DNA of 64,000 nucleotides from an uncultured delta proteobacterium (GCA_963803435.1 CAWDML010000003.1:576001-640000), one strand, 5' to 3'; positions 42,003 to 52,097 are shown, counted from the stretch's first letter. Notes: generated by a model from the sequence alone, not told the origin. Numbers and translations: made by a program.

Positions 42003-42677
42003 CTAACGCTTCGGGGTCCAGTTCTCGGTCGTGTGGCAGTCGCTGCAGGTGCCGGCGATCGAGGCGTGCTCGGGGGTCTTGGGGACCGCATGGCAGACGT
42101 CGCAAGCTTGGTTGACGACACGGCTGTGGACCATGACGGTCTGATTGAAGTGGGTGAGCTGGTGGCAGAGATCGCAGCCGATCGCGTCGGTGCGGGCGTG
42201 GCTGGGGACGCCCTCGCCGCTGTGGCAGCGAGTGCAGGTGCCGCGGGAGCTCTTCGGGATCAGGTCGTGCGTGAAGACGCGATCGCGGCGGAGCGTGGTG
42301 TGCTCCACGTGGCAGTTGGTGCAAGCGTACTTGCGGAGGGAGACGTGGAAGCGGATCGGCATGGCCGGGCCTTCCTTCGGAGGCGTCCCGGTGGCGAGGT
42401 CACCGTGACAGCCGGGGCCGAGGCAGCGCGAGCCGGGGGTCCCCACGAAGGGCACGTGGCAGTCGAGACAGTCGGCCAGTCGGTCGGCGCCGTCGGTGGG
42501 CGCGTCGTGCCGGCCGGGCAGGCCAATCACCACCGCCTCCGGATCCTGACCGGCCCACCAGAGGAAGAAGAGGGTGAGCGCGAGGGCGCCGGCGACGGTG
42601 AGGAGGGCAAAGAGGATCGGCCGCTCCCGGGGACCCGCGTCGGCTTCCCTTCCCACGCGCATGCTCGATACGCTCAA
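42003..42677 (-). CDS. Membrane-anchored multiheme cytochrome c
   Basis: N-terminal TM; six CxxCH motifs plus one CLGPGCH. Confidence 0.9.
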   Translation of the reverse strand: MSVSSMRVGREADAGPRERPILFALLTVAGALALTLFFLWWAGQDPEAVVIGLPGRHDAPTDGADRLADCLDCHVPFVGTPGSRCLGPGCHGDLATGTPPKEGPAMPIRFHVSLRKYACTNCHVEHTTLRRDRVFTHDLIPKSSRGTCTRCHSGEGVPSHARTDAIGCDLCHQLTHFNQTVMVHSRVVNQACDVCHAVPKTPEHASIAGTCSDCHTTENWTPKR

Positions 42678-42791
42678 CCCCGCGGTTTGAAAAGCGGGTA
42701 AGCCCCTGGAGAGGTCGCTCCTCAGGCTCGACGCCCCTCACCACCCGTTCAGGAGGGGCACGCTCTTTGCTGCTTTCGGGTACCTTCGTCC

Positions 42792-44174
42792 ATGGTGCGC
42801 CCCCGAATCGCGACCCCGATCCTTCTCTTCGCGCTGATTGCGGCCTCGACCGCGGTGGCGAAGCCCGAGCAGTGCGAGAAGAAAGGCAATCGCGCGCAGG
42901 TCTTCGTGAAGCCCAACACCCCGCTGTATCGCGGCCCCGGGCTCAACTACCCGGTGGCGGGCTTTCTCGAGCGCGCGCGCTGCGTCCCCTTCTCGGAGGT
43001 CTCCGTCGATCGGCAGTGGGTCCTCGTCGATCTGGGCGACAAGCTCGGGTGGGTCGAGCGCGGGACGCTGGCGAGCTCCAGCCAGGAGCTGATCGCGAAC
43101 GCGGGCGTGGGCGACGGCCCCATCGGATCGGGCCAGAAGCGCGGCTACGTCGAGGCGGTCAGCCAGGTGCTGCTCATGGAGCGGCCGGCCCAATCGGGCG
43201 AGCCGAAGAGCACCATGCCGGAGGGCTCGAAGATGCTGGGCCTCGCGATCACGAAGAACGGTCGCTGGGTCCAGGTTCGCGACGAGCGCGGCCAGATCGG
43301 GTGGGTACCCACGCGCCAGCTCAAGGGGCCGGGCCTCGACGGCCTGCCCATCACCGACGATGCCTTCAAGGTCGGCGTGAGCACGAACGGTGGCGGCGAC
43401 ATGGATCCCGACGCGGATCCTGATCCGCCGGACGTGGTCGAGGCCCCGGGCCCGACGTTCGAACAGTCCGCCGGCGTCAACATGGTGGCGGCCGTCTTCG
43501 GCGCCGCGCTGGCGCCCGTCCACTCGCTCAGCACCAACAGCCCGAACGGCTACCGCAGCTACGACCTGTCCTCCTTCTCCGGGGGCGCGGCCCTCGAGGT
43601 CGGCATCAACGACCTCGGTCCGATCTCGCTGCGCGTCGGCTATCAGTTCGCCGCAGTGGCCGGCCTCTCTCCAGAGGCCAACCCCAACCGGGTGCTCAGC
43701 GGCTTTCAGCATGACGCCCAGCTGCGCGTCGGGCTCCCGCTGGCCGCCGGCCCCGCGCTCTTCACGCCCGAGCTGGGCTATGCGTTCGGTCTGTTCGACT
43801 TCGACGTGAACCTGCCGGGTACGCCTGCGCAGTTCCTCTCCACGCTCAGCAACACCGGGCTGGCCGGTATCCGGATGCAGGTCTTCGCAGCGCGCTCGGT
43901 GCTGCTCGAGCTCGAGGCCTCGTTCCTCTTCGGCGCCACCTCGGAGGGACCGGCACAGCTCGGTGACGCCGGCTTCACCCTCGGGACGATCGTGTCCGGT
44001 GGCGCCCAGTTCCTGATCACGGACCTGATCAGCGTGGTCGCGCGCTACCACCTCAACTACCGGCGCACGCCCTACAAGGGACCGGCCACGTTCGACAGCA
44101 CGATCGGCGAGGCGACGCTGACCGATCTCTCACACGGCCTGATGCTCGGCGTTGCGTTCACGGTCGGCGGCTGA
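42792..44174 (+). CDS. Secreted protein with two SH3b-like domains and probable C-terminal beta-barrel
   Basis: Signal peptide; LYRGPGLNY...WV...GWV pattern twice; alternating beta strands ending GVAF. Confidence 0.7.
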   Translation: MVRPRIATPILLFALIAASTAVAKPEQCEKKGNRAQVFVKPNTPLYRGPGLNYPVAGFLERARCVPFSEVSVDRQWVLVDLGDKLGWVERGTLASSSQELIANAGVGDGPIGSGQKRGYVEAVSQVLLMERPAQSGEPKSTMPEGSKMLGLAITKNGRWVQVRDERGQIGWVPTRQLKGPGLDGLPITDDAFKVGVSTNGGGDMDPDADPDPPDVVEAPGPTFEQSAGVNMVAAVFGAALAPVHSLSTNSPNGYRSYDLSSFSGGAALEVGINDLGPISLRVGYQFAAVAGLSPEANPNRVLSGFQHDAQLRVGLPLAAGPALFTPELGYAFGLFDFDVNLPGTPAQFLSTLSNTGLAGIRMQVFAARSVLLELEASFLFGATSEGPAQLGDAGFTLGTIVSGGAQFLITDLISVVARYHLNYRRTPYKGPATFDSTIGEATLTDLSHGLMLGVAFTVGG

Positions 44175-44187
44175 GCCGCCCGCCCGG

Positions 44188-45327
44188 CTACGGCCCGAAG
44201 TTCTTCGCGGTCTCGCGCTGCTTCTGCAGCTCGACCAGCTCGGGCACGTGGATGTCGATCTTGGCGTCCTTGCGGATCACGTCGAGACGCTTGTCGATCT
44301 CCTTCTCGGTGAGCGAGCGAAAGACATTGTCGAGGATGTCCTTTCGAACCTCGTCGTAGGGCTTCTGGCGCTCGGCGCGGGCCTTTCCCACGAAGTAGAT
44401 GTAGTAGCCGTTCGCGTCCTCGTAGATGGGGAGGATCGTGTTGGGCTTGGCGGCGAAGATCTGATCCTCGAGGTCCTTCGAGAACGTCCCGTGGGCGACC
44501 CACCCGATGTAGCCACCCTCGTGCGACTTGCCACCCTCCGAGTAGCTCTTCACCAGGTTCTCGAACTCCTCGACGGTGGGCTTGGCGCGCGCCTTCTTGT
44601 AGATCTCATCGATCCGCGTCTTGGCGATATCGCGATCGCGCTGCACCATCCCGCGCGGCGCCTTCATGAACAGGCGCCAGGACTCGCGTCCCGCGTACTC
44701 GAGATACTGCTTCTTGTTGCGCTCGTAGTAGGCCTTCGCTTCGGTCTCCATCCGCGTCTCGATCTCGCCCCGGATCTTGGCGATGATCGCGGCCTCGAGG
44801 GCCTGGAACTCGGCGTCGTGCTTTCGCTGCTCCTCGTCCTTGCCGGCGCGCAGGAGGAAGGCGGCGAACGACGGATCGTTCTGCATGCGCTGCTCGAGGT
44901 CGGCGAGCCAGGCCTTCGCGAACTCGGGATCTGGCTTGGCCTCGAGCTTGTCGGCCAGCTCGTGCATGAGCTCGCGCTCGACCAGCTGGTGCACCGCGCT
45001 GTCGAGGATCTTGAACCGCGTCAGCGGCACGTTGGGCTTGGCTGCGTTCACCTGGATCTGCATGGCGCGGAGCGCCTGCTCCAGATCAGCCTTGGGAATC
45101 GGTCGTCCATCCACCTCTGCCACCACCTCGGGCGCCTCGGGCATCTTGAACAGGTCGTCGAGCGTGAGCGCGACGGACGAGGTCGAGTGTCCGGGCGGCG
45201 TCTGGGCCTTGTCGGGCTGGCTCGCCGGCGTCTCTTCGGGCGACTCCGCCTGCTCCGTCTTCGGGGGCGCGCTCGGGCACGCCCACAGAGCGGCGCAAAG
45301 ACCGGGCAGGAACGCTCTCACTTTCAT
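44188..45327 (-). CDS. SurA/PpiC-type peptidyl-prolyl isomerase lipoprotein
   Basis: Lipobox LWAC, VAEVDG, FENLVKSYSE...EGGYIGW parvulin motif. Confidence 0.85.
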   Translation of the reverse strand: MKVRAFLPGLCAALWACPSAPPKTEQAESPEETPASQPDKAQTPPGHSTSSVALTLDDLFKMPEAPEVVAEVDGRPIPKADLEQALRAMQIQVNAAKPNVPLTRFKILDSAVHQLVERELMHELADKLEAKPDPEFAKAWLADLEQRMQNDPSFAAFLLRAGKDEEQRKHDAEFQALEAAIIAKIRGEIETRMETEAKAYYERNKKQYLEYAGRESWRLFMKAPRGMVQRDRDIAKTRIDEIYKKARAKPTVEEFENLVKSYSEGGKSHEGGYIGWVAHGTFSKDLEDQIFAAKPNTILPIYEDANGYYIYFVGKARAERQKPYDEVRKDILDNVFRSLTEKEIDKRLDVIRKDAKIDIHVPELVELQKQRETAKNFGP

Positions 45328-45495
45328 GGGGGCATATCAACATTCTTCAAGAGTTGAGGCAACTTGGGGACCGTGCCCCCCATGTTTGAGGACCGACGAC
45401 CCCACCGGAGCCGCCTGAAACCCTCGCGCTCCGTCGAGGTTTTGGATTGCCCCCCGGAAAGATGTCGGGCACCTCAATGGACACGACCGGACCAC

Positions 45496-45568
45496 GCACG
45501 GTTAGTTCAGTTGGAAGAACGCAGCCCTCCGAAGGCTGAGGCCGCAGGTTCGAGTCCTGCACCGTGCG
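45496..45568 (+). tRNA. tRNA-Arg (CCG), CCA not encoded
   Basis: Acceptor GCACGGT/ACCGTGC, anticodon arm CAGCC-CTCCGAA-GGCTG, T loop GTTCGAGTC. Confidence 0.95.
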
Positions 45569-45572
45569 CTCC

Positions 45573-46967
45573 TCAACCGTTCCGTCTCAGACGAACCTCC
45601 ACTGTCGATGCCTCGCCCTCCATCAGCCGGAGGCCGGCCGGCAGGATCAGCTTCGCCGAGCGGCCGTCCTCGAGCCGGCTCAGATCGATCGGTTCCGTCG
45701 TGATGGGGCCGTCGTCGCGGCTGCCCTCGGCCGCGCGGACGCGGACCGAAGCCGGGCTCACCTCCAGGCGCGCGCCCGGCGGAAGCCCGCCCACGACCGC
45801 TACGCGGACCGGCCGCCGCTCGATCTCCGTCTCGAGGAGGCGGAGGTTCACCACGGACGGATGGATCTCCAGCACGTCGAGCGTGGGCGGCAAGGAGATG
45901 TCGGAGCGATCGATCGCGAGACGGTGAAAGCCGGCCTGCGCGTGGGAGAGGTCGACCGCCGCGCTCACGTCGCCGCCCGCGAGGCCCTGGAAGGCGGCCC
46001 TTCGTCCGGCGATCGTGACCTGGACGGTGGCGGGCCGCGGCTCGAGGAGAGCGACCGCGTCCGGAACGTTGCGATACTCGATCGGCACCATCAGCGTCTG
46101 CTGCACGGTGCCCTCGAGGAACACCAGCACGAACCAGAGCACCGACGCCGTGAACACCGCGATTCCGGCGCGCGAGAGAATGCCGCGTACCGCGGTGCCG
46201 CGAGGTCGAGGTCGGGGCGTGACACCCGCGAGCGGAAGGATCCGCGCCTCGAGCTCGGTGAGGCTCAGGCCCTGATCGAGCACGCCGTTCTGCGCGATCG
46301 AGATCTCGCCGCGCTCTTCTGACACGACGATGACCATCGCGTCACACTGCTCCGACAGTCCGAGCGCTGCGGCGTGGCGCGTTCCGAGCCGGCCGGTCGA
46401 TCCCGCGCGCTTCGAGAGCGGCAGGTAGACCGCGAACCTGCGCACGATCCCGCCCTCGACGATTGCCGCGCCGTCGTGACCGGGCGAGTCGGGGTTGAAG
46501 ATGCTCTCGAGCAGCGGGCCGCTGAGGTGCCCGTCCAGCACGAGGCCGCTCGTGAGGTGAGGTTGAAGGCTCTCGTGACCGGGGACCACGATCAGCGCCC
46601 CGACCTTGTGCTCGGCCATCCGCACCACGCTGGCGATCAGCTCGGCGGCGGCGCCCAGGTCGGCCGACGTGCCCCGCCCGCCCATGATCCGTAGCGCTGT
46701 GATGCGGTGCAGGCTCCTCCGGATGTCGTCCTGAAACGCGATCACTGCGAGGAGCGTCGCGATCCAGAGGCCCGCGCCCATCAGCATCGAGGCCAGGTGG
46801 AGCCCGAACGTTCGCGCGAGCAGGTAGCTGATCCCGACGCCGCCCAGCACCAGCACGAAGGCGCGCGCGCGCTGGCGGCCGAGTGAGGCCAACAGAAAAT
46901 AGATCAGCGCGGCCACGACCAGCACATCCAGAAGATCGGCCCACTTGATCCCCGCTGCGGTTCGCAT
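45573..46967 (-). CDS. Diadenylate cyclase CdaA fused to YbbR/CdaR-like domains (start uncertain)
   Basis: Three N-terminal TMs, GALIV, HDGA and GTRHAAALGLSE motifs, VSEERG, further TM, then VPIEYRNVP YbbR-like repeats. Confidence 0.9.
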   Translation of the reverse strand: MRTAAGIKWADLLDVLVVAALIYFLLASLGRQRARAFVLVLGGVGISYLLARTFGLHLASMLMGAGLWIATLLAVIAFQDDIRRSLHRITALRIMGGRGTSADLGAAAELIASVVRMAEHKVGALIVVPGHESLQPHLTSGLVLDGHLSGPLLESIFNPDSPGHDGAAIVEGGIVRRFAVYLPLSKRAGSTGRLGTRHAAALGLSEQCDAMVIVVSEERGEISIAQNGVLDQGLSLTELEARILPLAGVTPRPRPRGTAVRGILSRAGIAVFTASVLWFVLVFLEGTVQQTLMVPIEYRNVPDAVALLEPRPATVQVTIAGRRAAFQGLAGGDVSAAVDLSHAQAGFHRLAIDRSDISLPPTLDVLEIHPSVVNLRLLETEIERRPVRVAVVGGLPPGARLEVSPASVRVRAAEGSRDDGPITTEPIDLSRLEDGRSAKLILPAGLRLMEGEASTVEVRLRRNG

Positions 46968-47188
46968 CCGGTATCGAGGCCAACGCGCGATCTGCCGCGG
47001 AGCTTCCATCCCTGCCAGACATGCGTGGGACCTGGCCTCGCGATTGCTCGCGCCGCCCGGTCCGCCCGCATGATTCGCGCGCAGCGCCCGGGCGACACGG
47101 CTGCAGCCGAGGCGTTTCGATCCGCCGCCCGATGCACCCAGGTCCGGCCGCAATTCGTCCGGCACGACACCTGCAGCAGGTTGAGTAC

Positions 47189-47443
47189 ATGCTGAGCTTC
47201 ATCTGGATGCTGATCATCGGCCTCGTCGTCGGCGTCGTGGCCAAGCTGCTCATGCCGGGACGTGATCCCGGCGGCTTCGTGATCACCACGCTGCTGGGGA
47301 TCGCAGGTTCCTTCGTCGCCGGCCTCCTCGGGCGGGCCCTCGGCTGGTATCACCTGGGCCAGGCGCCCGGGTTCATCGCCTCGGTGCTCGGCGCGATGGT
47401 GCTGCTCCTCGGCTATCGCCTGATCCGAGGCCGTCGCTACTGA
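47189..47443 (+). CDS. GlsB/YeaQ/YmgE family stress-response membrane protein
   Basis: IIGLVVGVVAKLLMPGRDPGGF...LGIAGS...SVLGA. Confidence 0.92.
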   Translation: MLSFIWMLIIGLVVGVVAKLLMPGRDPGGFVITTLLGIAGSFVAGLLGRALGWYHLGQAPGFIASVLGAMVLLLGYRLIRGRRY

Positions 47444-47445
47444 CC

Positions 47446-48897
47446 TCAGGCGGCCGAGCGCAGCGCGCGCTCGAGGAGCTCGAGCCCCTGATCGACCACC
47501 TCGTCGCTCGCGGTCAGCGGGACCAGGATGCGGAGAACGTTCCCGTCCTGCCCGCAGGCCAGCAGGATCAAGCCGTCCTCGAGCGCCTTTGCCACCGTCG
47601 CCTTGGTGGCGGCGGTCGCCGGCTCGCCCGTCTTCGGGTCTGTGAGCTCGACCGCCATCATCCCGCCTAGACCTCGGACGTCCCCGATCAGCGGAATCGA
47701 CTCGCGCAGCCCCTCGAGCTTCGCCCGGATCTTCTCGCCGAGCGAGGTCGACCGAGCCAACAGCCCATCCTCTTCGATCGTGTCGAGCACCCCGAGCGCG
47801 GCCTCGCACGCCACCGGGAAGCCGCCATAGGTGCCGCCCAGCCCGCCCGGATCCACCGCGTCCATCACGTCGGCTCGACCGACCACGCCGGAGAGCGGGA
47901 AGCCGCCGGCCAGGCTCTTCGCCATCGTGATCAGATCCGCCTGGACGCCGCTGTGCTCCATCGCGAAGAGCTTGCCGGTCCGCGCGAAGCCGGACTGGAC
48001 CTCGTCGGCGATCAAGAGGATGCCATGCTGATCGCAGAGCGCGCGCAGCTTCTTCAAGAAGGACGGCGTCGCGACGTTGAACCCACCTTCGCCCTGCACC
48101 GGCTCGATCACGATGGCCGCCACGCGCGCGGGATCGACGTCGGCCTTGAACAGCTGCTCGATCGACTTCAGCGACTGCTCCTCGCTGACGCCGCGGTACG
48201 CGTTAGGATAGAGCGCGTGGTAGACGTCGCCGGGGAAGGGACCGAAGCTCTTCTTGTATGGCGCCACCTTTCCGGTCAGCGCCAGCGTCATCATCGTCCG
48301 CCCGTGAAAGCCGCCGCCGAACGAGATCACGGCGGATCGACCGGTCGACGCACGCGCGATCTTGACCGCGTTTTCGACCGCCTCGGCGCCGGTGGTGAAG
48401 AAGATGGACTTGGCAAGGCCTGCGATCGGCGCGGCCGCGTTGATGCGCTCGGCCAGCGCCACGTAGCTCTCGTACGGATTCACCTGGAAGCAGGTGTGCG
48501 TGAAACGGGCCAGCTGCTTCTTCACCCGCTCCATCACCTTCGGGTTGCGATGCCCGGTGTTGAGCACGCCGATGCCGCCGCCGAAGTCGATATACCGGCG
48601 GCCCTCGACGTCCCAGAGATAGGCGTTCTCAGCCCGTGCGGCGAACACCGTGGTGGCGCTGCCGATGCCGCGCGGGATGGCCGCCTGCCGCCGCACCAGG
48701 AGCTCGGCGTTGGTGGTGGGCCTCGCCCTCTTGGCCGCACGCCTCGGCTTCGAGTCGGAGAAGCTGGCCCAGAGGGACGGATCGGTGGTGAGCGCGTCGC
48801 CGTTCGTCACCCGTCGATCCTGCCCGCTCGGACCGGCCTCCATTACGGCGGTCCTCTTCCCTCGTAGCCCCGTCACGCTGGCGTTCATTCCAGTCAT
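47446..48897 (-). CDS. gabT: 4-aminobutyrate--2-oxoglutarate transaminase with N-terminal extension
   Basis: RRQAAIPRG, DFGGGIGVLNTGH, TGAEAVENA, EPVQGEGGF, ADEVQSGF, MAKSLAGGFP. Confidence 0.92.
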   Translation of the reverse strand: MTGMNASVTGLRGKRTAVMEAGPSGQDRRVTNGDALTTDPSLWASFSDSKPRRAAKRARPTTNAELLVRRQAAIPRGIGSATTVFAARAENAYLWDVEGRRYIDFGGGIGVLNTGHRNPKVMERVKKQLARFTHTCFQVNPYESYVALAERINAAAPIAGLAKSIFFTTGAEAVENAVKIARASTGRSAVISFGGGFHGRTMMTLALTGKVAPYKKSFGPFPGDVYHALYPNAYRGVSEEQSLKSIEQLFKADVDPARVAAIVIEPVQGEGGFNVATPSFLKKLRALCDQHGILLIADEVQSGFARTGKLFAMEHSGVQADLITMAKSLAGGFPLSGVVGRADVMDAVDPGGLGGTYGGFPVACEAALGVLDTIEEDGLLARSTSLGEKIRAKLEGLRESIPLIGDVRGLGGMMAVELTDPKTGEPATAATKATVAKALEDGLILLACGQDGNVLRILVPLTASDEVVDQGLELLERALRSAA

Positions 48898-48902
48898 CTG
48901 TT

Positions 48903-50348
48903 TCACCCGATCCACACCGTCTTGGTGTTCACGAACTCGAGCATGCCCTCGCGCGCCAGCTCCCGGCCGATGCCGGAGGCCTTGATGCCGCCGAACGGCA
49001 GCCGGGGGTCGCTCTTCACCATGCCGTTCACGAAGACCGCGCCCGCCTCGATCCGCGGCACCAGCGCCTCGCCCCGGGCGGCGTCGGTCCACACGCTGGC
49101 GCCCAGCCCGAACCTCGACTGGTTCGCCACCTCGATCGCGCGCTCGGCGTCGTCGACCTTGATGATCGCCGCCACCGGACCGAAGAGCTCCTCGCGGGCG
49201 GCCGGATTGCCCGGCTCGACGTCCACCAGGATCGTCGGCGGGTAGTACGCGCCCGGGCCGTGCGGGATCTTGCCGCCGAGCGTGAGCTTCGCGCCCTGGG
49301 CCACCGAGGCCTCGACCTGCGCGTGCAGGCGCCGGCGCGCCTTCAGCGAGCACTGCGGCCCGATCTGGGTCCCCTCGTCGAGCGGGTTGCCCATCTTGAT
49401 GGCCTTCATCGCCTCGGTGAAGTGGTGGACGAACTCGTCGTAGACCGAGGCCTCCACGATGAACCGCTTGGCGGCGATGCAGCTCTGGCCGGCGTTGATC
49501 GTGCGGGCCTTGGCAGCGACCTCGGCGGCCCGCTTCACGTCGGCGCCCGCGAGCACGATGAACGGATCCGAGCCGCCGAGCTCGAGCACCACCTTCTTGA
49601 GCCGGTCGCCTGCGATCCTTCCCACGGAGCGACCGGCCTGCTCGCTCCCGGTGAGCGTCACCGCCTTGATGGCGTCGTTCTCGATGACCGCCCGGACCTG
49701 CCGCACCGAGATGATCAACGTACGGAAGAGGTCCTTGGGAAAGCCGGCGTCCCGGAGGATCGCCTCGATCGCGAGGGCCGACCGCGGCACGTTGTCCGCG
49801 TGCTTGAGCACGCCGCCGTTGCCGGCCATCAGGTTCGGCGCGGCGAAGCGGAAGACCTGCCAGAAGGGGAAGTTCCAGGGCATCACCGCCAGCACTACGC
49901 CGAGCGGGTCGTAGCGGACGTAGCTCTTCTTCGCGTCGCTCTCGACGCCGCGGGGCGCCAGGAACTCGGCGGCGTGCTCCGCGTAGTAGCGGCAGACGGC
50001 GGCGCACTTGTCGATCTCGGCCCGACCGTCGGCGAGCGGCTTGCCCATCTCGCGCGCCATCAGCTGCGCCAGGTCCTCCCTGCGCTCGATGAGGAGCTCG
50101 GCCGCCCGGAGCAGCGGGGCACGGCGCGCCTCCAGCGGGACCTTCGCCCACGCCGACTGGGCCTCAGCCGCGGCGGAGAGGATCTGCTTCACCTCGCGGT
50201 CCGCCATCCACCGTGGGCCCGCGATCTTGCGACCGGTCGCAGGATCCTTGAGCTCGATCGGCGGCGTCGCGACCGCGATCGGCGCCGCCCGCGACGGGGG
50301 GAGCGGGAGGATGCGGGCCCGCTCGGCGATCTGCGTGGCGCTCCTCAT
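48903..50348 (-). CDS. Succinate-semialdehyde dehydrogenase (Sad/GabD1 type)
   Basis: VMPWNFPFWQVFR, LTGSE, LELGGSDP, NAGQSCIAAKR, EELFGP, PFGGIKASG. Confidence 0.92.
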   Translation of the reverse strand: MRSATQIAERARILPLPPSRAAPIAVATPPIELKDPATGRKIAGPRWMADREVKQILSAAAEAQSAWAKVPLEARRAPLLRAAELLIERREDLAQLMAREMGKPLADGRAEIDKCAAVCRYYAEHAAEFLAPRGVESDAKKSYVRYDPLGVVLAVMPWNFPFWQVFRFAAPNLMAGNGGVLKHADNVPRSALAIEAILRDAGFPKDLFRTLIISVRQVRAVIENDAIKAVTLTGSEQAGRSVGRIAGDRLKKVVLELGGSDPFIVLAGADVKRAAEVAAKARTINAGQSCIAAKRFIVEASVYDEFVHHFTEAMKAIKMGNPLDEGTQIGPQCSLKARRRLHAQVEASVAQGAKLTLGGKIPHGPGAYYPPTILVDVEPGNPAAREELFGPVAAIIKVDDAERAIEVANQSRFGLGASVWTDAARGEALVPRIEAGAVFVNGMVKSDPRLPFGGIKASGIGRELAREGMLEFVNTKTVWIG

Positions 50349-50355
50349 CGCGCGT

Positions 50356-52038
50356 TCACCAGCTGAAGCGTTCCGGCGCGACGTACTCGGCCACCGCCTT
50401 GGTGGTGAGGTAGTTGTCGAGACCCCAGCGACCGAGCTCGCGCCCGATGCCGCTCTTCTTCACGCCACCCCAGGGGGGGCCGTCCGCGGCCACCGGCTGC
50501 GAGCAGTTCTGCCAGACCACGCCGGCCTGGAGCTCGGCGGAGACCCAATCCATCAGCGCCTTGTCCTTCGAGAAGACGGCGGCCGCGAGGCCGTAGTCGC
50601 TGTCGTTGGCGAGACGGATCGCCTCCGCCTCGTCCTTGAAGGTCGTGATCGCCAGGACCGGTCCGAAGATCTCCTTGCTCCAGATCGTCATGTCGGGCGT
50701 GACGTCCGCGAAGATCGTCGGCTCGACGAAGTAGCCGGTCTTCCGATCGGGCCGGCCGCCGCCGGCGATCAGCGTCGCGCCCTCGCGCTTGCCGGTCTCG
50801 ATCAGCGAGCGCACCCGCTGGTAGTGCGGCTTGGACACCAGCGGGCCGATCTTCACGCCGTCCTCGAGCCCGTTGCCGATCTTCATGCTCTTCGCGAGCT
50901 CGACCAGCTTGTCGGTCAGGGCCTTCGCCACGCTCTCGTGCACGATCAGGCGGGAGGTGGCGCTGCAGACCTCGCCCTGGTTCCCGAAGACGCCGAACGC
51001 GACCCAGTCGACGATCCGATCGATGTCGGCGTCGGGGAAGACGACCGCGGGCGACTTGCCGCCCAGCTCGAGCGTCACCGGGATCAGGTTCTCGGCGGCG
51101 GCCTTCGCGATCCGCTTGCCGGTCTCGGTACCGCCCGTGAACGCCAGCTTGTCGATCCCCTTGCTGCTCGCCAGCGCCTTGCCGGCCTCTTTGCCGGTGC
51201 CGGGCACCACGTTCAGCACGCCCGGCGGCAGGCCGTTCGCGTCGCAGATCTCGGCCAGCTTCATCGCTGTCATCGGGGTGACCTCGGAGGGCTTCAACAC
51301 CATGGTGCAGCCCGCGGCCAGCGCCGGCGCCACCTTCCAGGCGGCCATGAGGAGCGGATAGTTCCAGGGGATGATCGCGGCGGCGACGCCGATCGGCTCG
51401 CGGCGGATCTTGCAGTCGAGGCCCTCGTTCATCAGCGGCAGCGGCGCGTTTTGCTCCTCGTCGAGCTTCCTCGCCAGCTTGGCGTAATAGTCGAAGCAAT
51501 CGGCGGCGTCGGAGACGTCGGCCATCGCGTCGGCGAGCGGCTTGCCGTTGTTCTTCACCTCGAGCTCCGCAATCTCCTTCTGCTGGTCGCGGAGGGAGCT
51601 CGCGATCGACTCCAGGCACTCGGCTCGTTCGGCCCCCGGCTTCTTGCTCCAGATGCCCGAGTCGAACGCGGTCCGCGCGGCTTGGACGGCGCGCTCGACG
51701 TCGACCTTCGACGCGTTGGGGGATCGGTAGAGCAGCCGCTCGGTCGCCGGGTCGTAGACCTTCAGCGTCCGATTCTTCTCGGGCGCGACCCACTGGCCGC
51801 CGATGTAGAGCCGCGTCGGCACGCCCAGCGGATCGAGCGCCTTGCCCGTCAGCACACCCGCGGCGGAGACGCCGTTCGAGTCGCCGCTCGGCGAGGTCCG
51901 CCGGCGGGTCGCGAACCGCTCCCAGCGGCCGTCGTCGGCCCGGGAACGGCGCCGCTCGCGCGGGGCAATCTCGGCGGCTCCGTCGCCGTCGATCGTCGGG
52001 TGGGTCGGGATGTGGTCCTTCCTTTGGACGCCGTGCAT
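50356..52038 (-). CDS. Aminoaldehyde/betaine-aldehyde dehydrogenase (ALDH10-like) with N-terminal extension
   Basis: PWNYPLLMAAWKVAPALAAG, LELGGKS, NQGEVCSATSR, EIFGPV, NCSQP, RELGRWGLDNYL. Confidence 0.88.
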   Translation of the reverse strand: MHGVQRKDHIPTHPTIDGDGAAEIAPRERRRSRADDGRWERFATRRRTSPSGDSNGVSAAGVLTGKALDPLGVPTRLYIGGQWVAPEKNRTLKVYDPATERLLYRSPNASKVDVERAVQAARTAFDSGIWSKKPGAERAECLESIASSLRDQQKEIAELEVKNNGKPLADAMADVSDAADCFDYYAKLARKLDEEQNAPLPLMNEGLDCKIRREPIGVAAAIIPWNYPLLMAAWKVAPALAAGCTMVLKPSEVTPMTAMKLAEICDANGLPPGVLNVVPGTGKEAGKALASSKGIDKLAFTGGTETGKRIAKAAAENLIPVTLELGGKSPAVVFPDADIDRIVDWVAFGVFGNQGEVCSATSRLIVHESVAKALTDKLVELAKSMKIGNGLEDGVKIGPLVSKPHYQRVRSLIETGKREGATLIAGGGRPDRKTGYFVEPTIFADVTPDMTIWSKEIFGPVLAITTFKDEAEAIRLANDSDYGLAAAVFSKDKALMDWVSAELQAGVVWQNCSQPVAADGPPWGGVKKSGIGRELGRWGLDNYLTTKAVAEYVAPERFSW

Positions 52039-52097
52039 GGCAGCCGGAGTATCGTCAGCCCCCTACATGTAGTTGCGACATCCACATGGCCTGGCGG

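Noticed and set aside
38728-45568. Genomic island between the two tRNAs
   Set aside because: No integrase or att duplication; most genes have host-like codon usage
48898-50151. Apparent 901-aa GabT fusion (ORF 47446..50151)
   Set aside because: The upstream part is an alternative frame of the SSADH gene with Arg/Gly-rich nonsense composition
52045-52075. Sigma28-like promoter or palindrome CTACATGTAG upstream of the aldehyde dehydrogenase
   Set aside because: Weak match to consensus and a single instance
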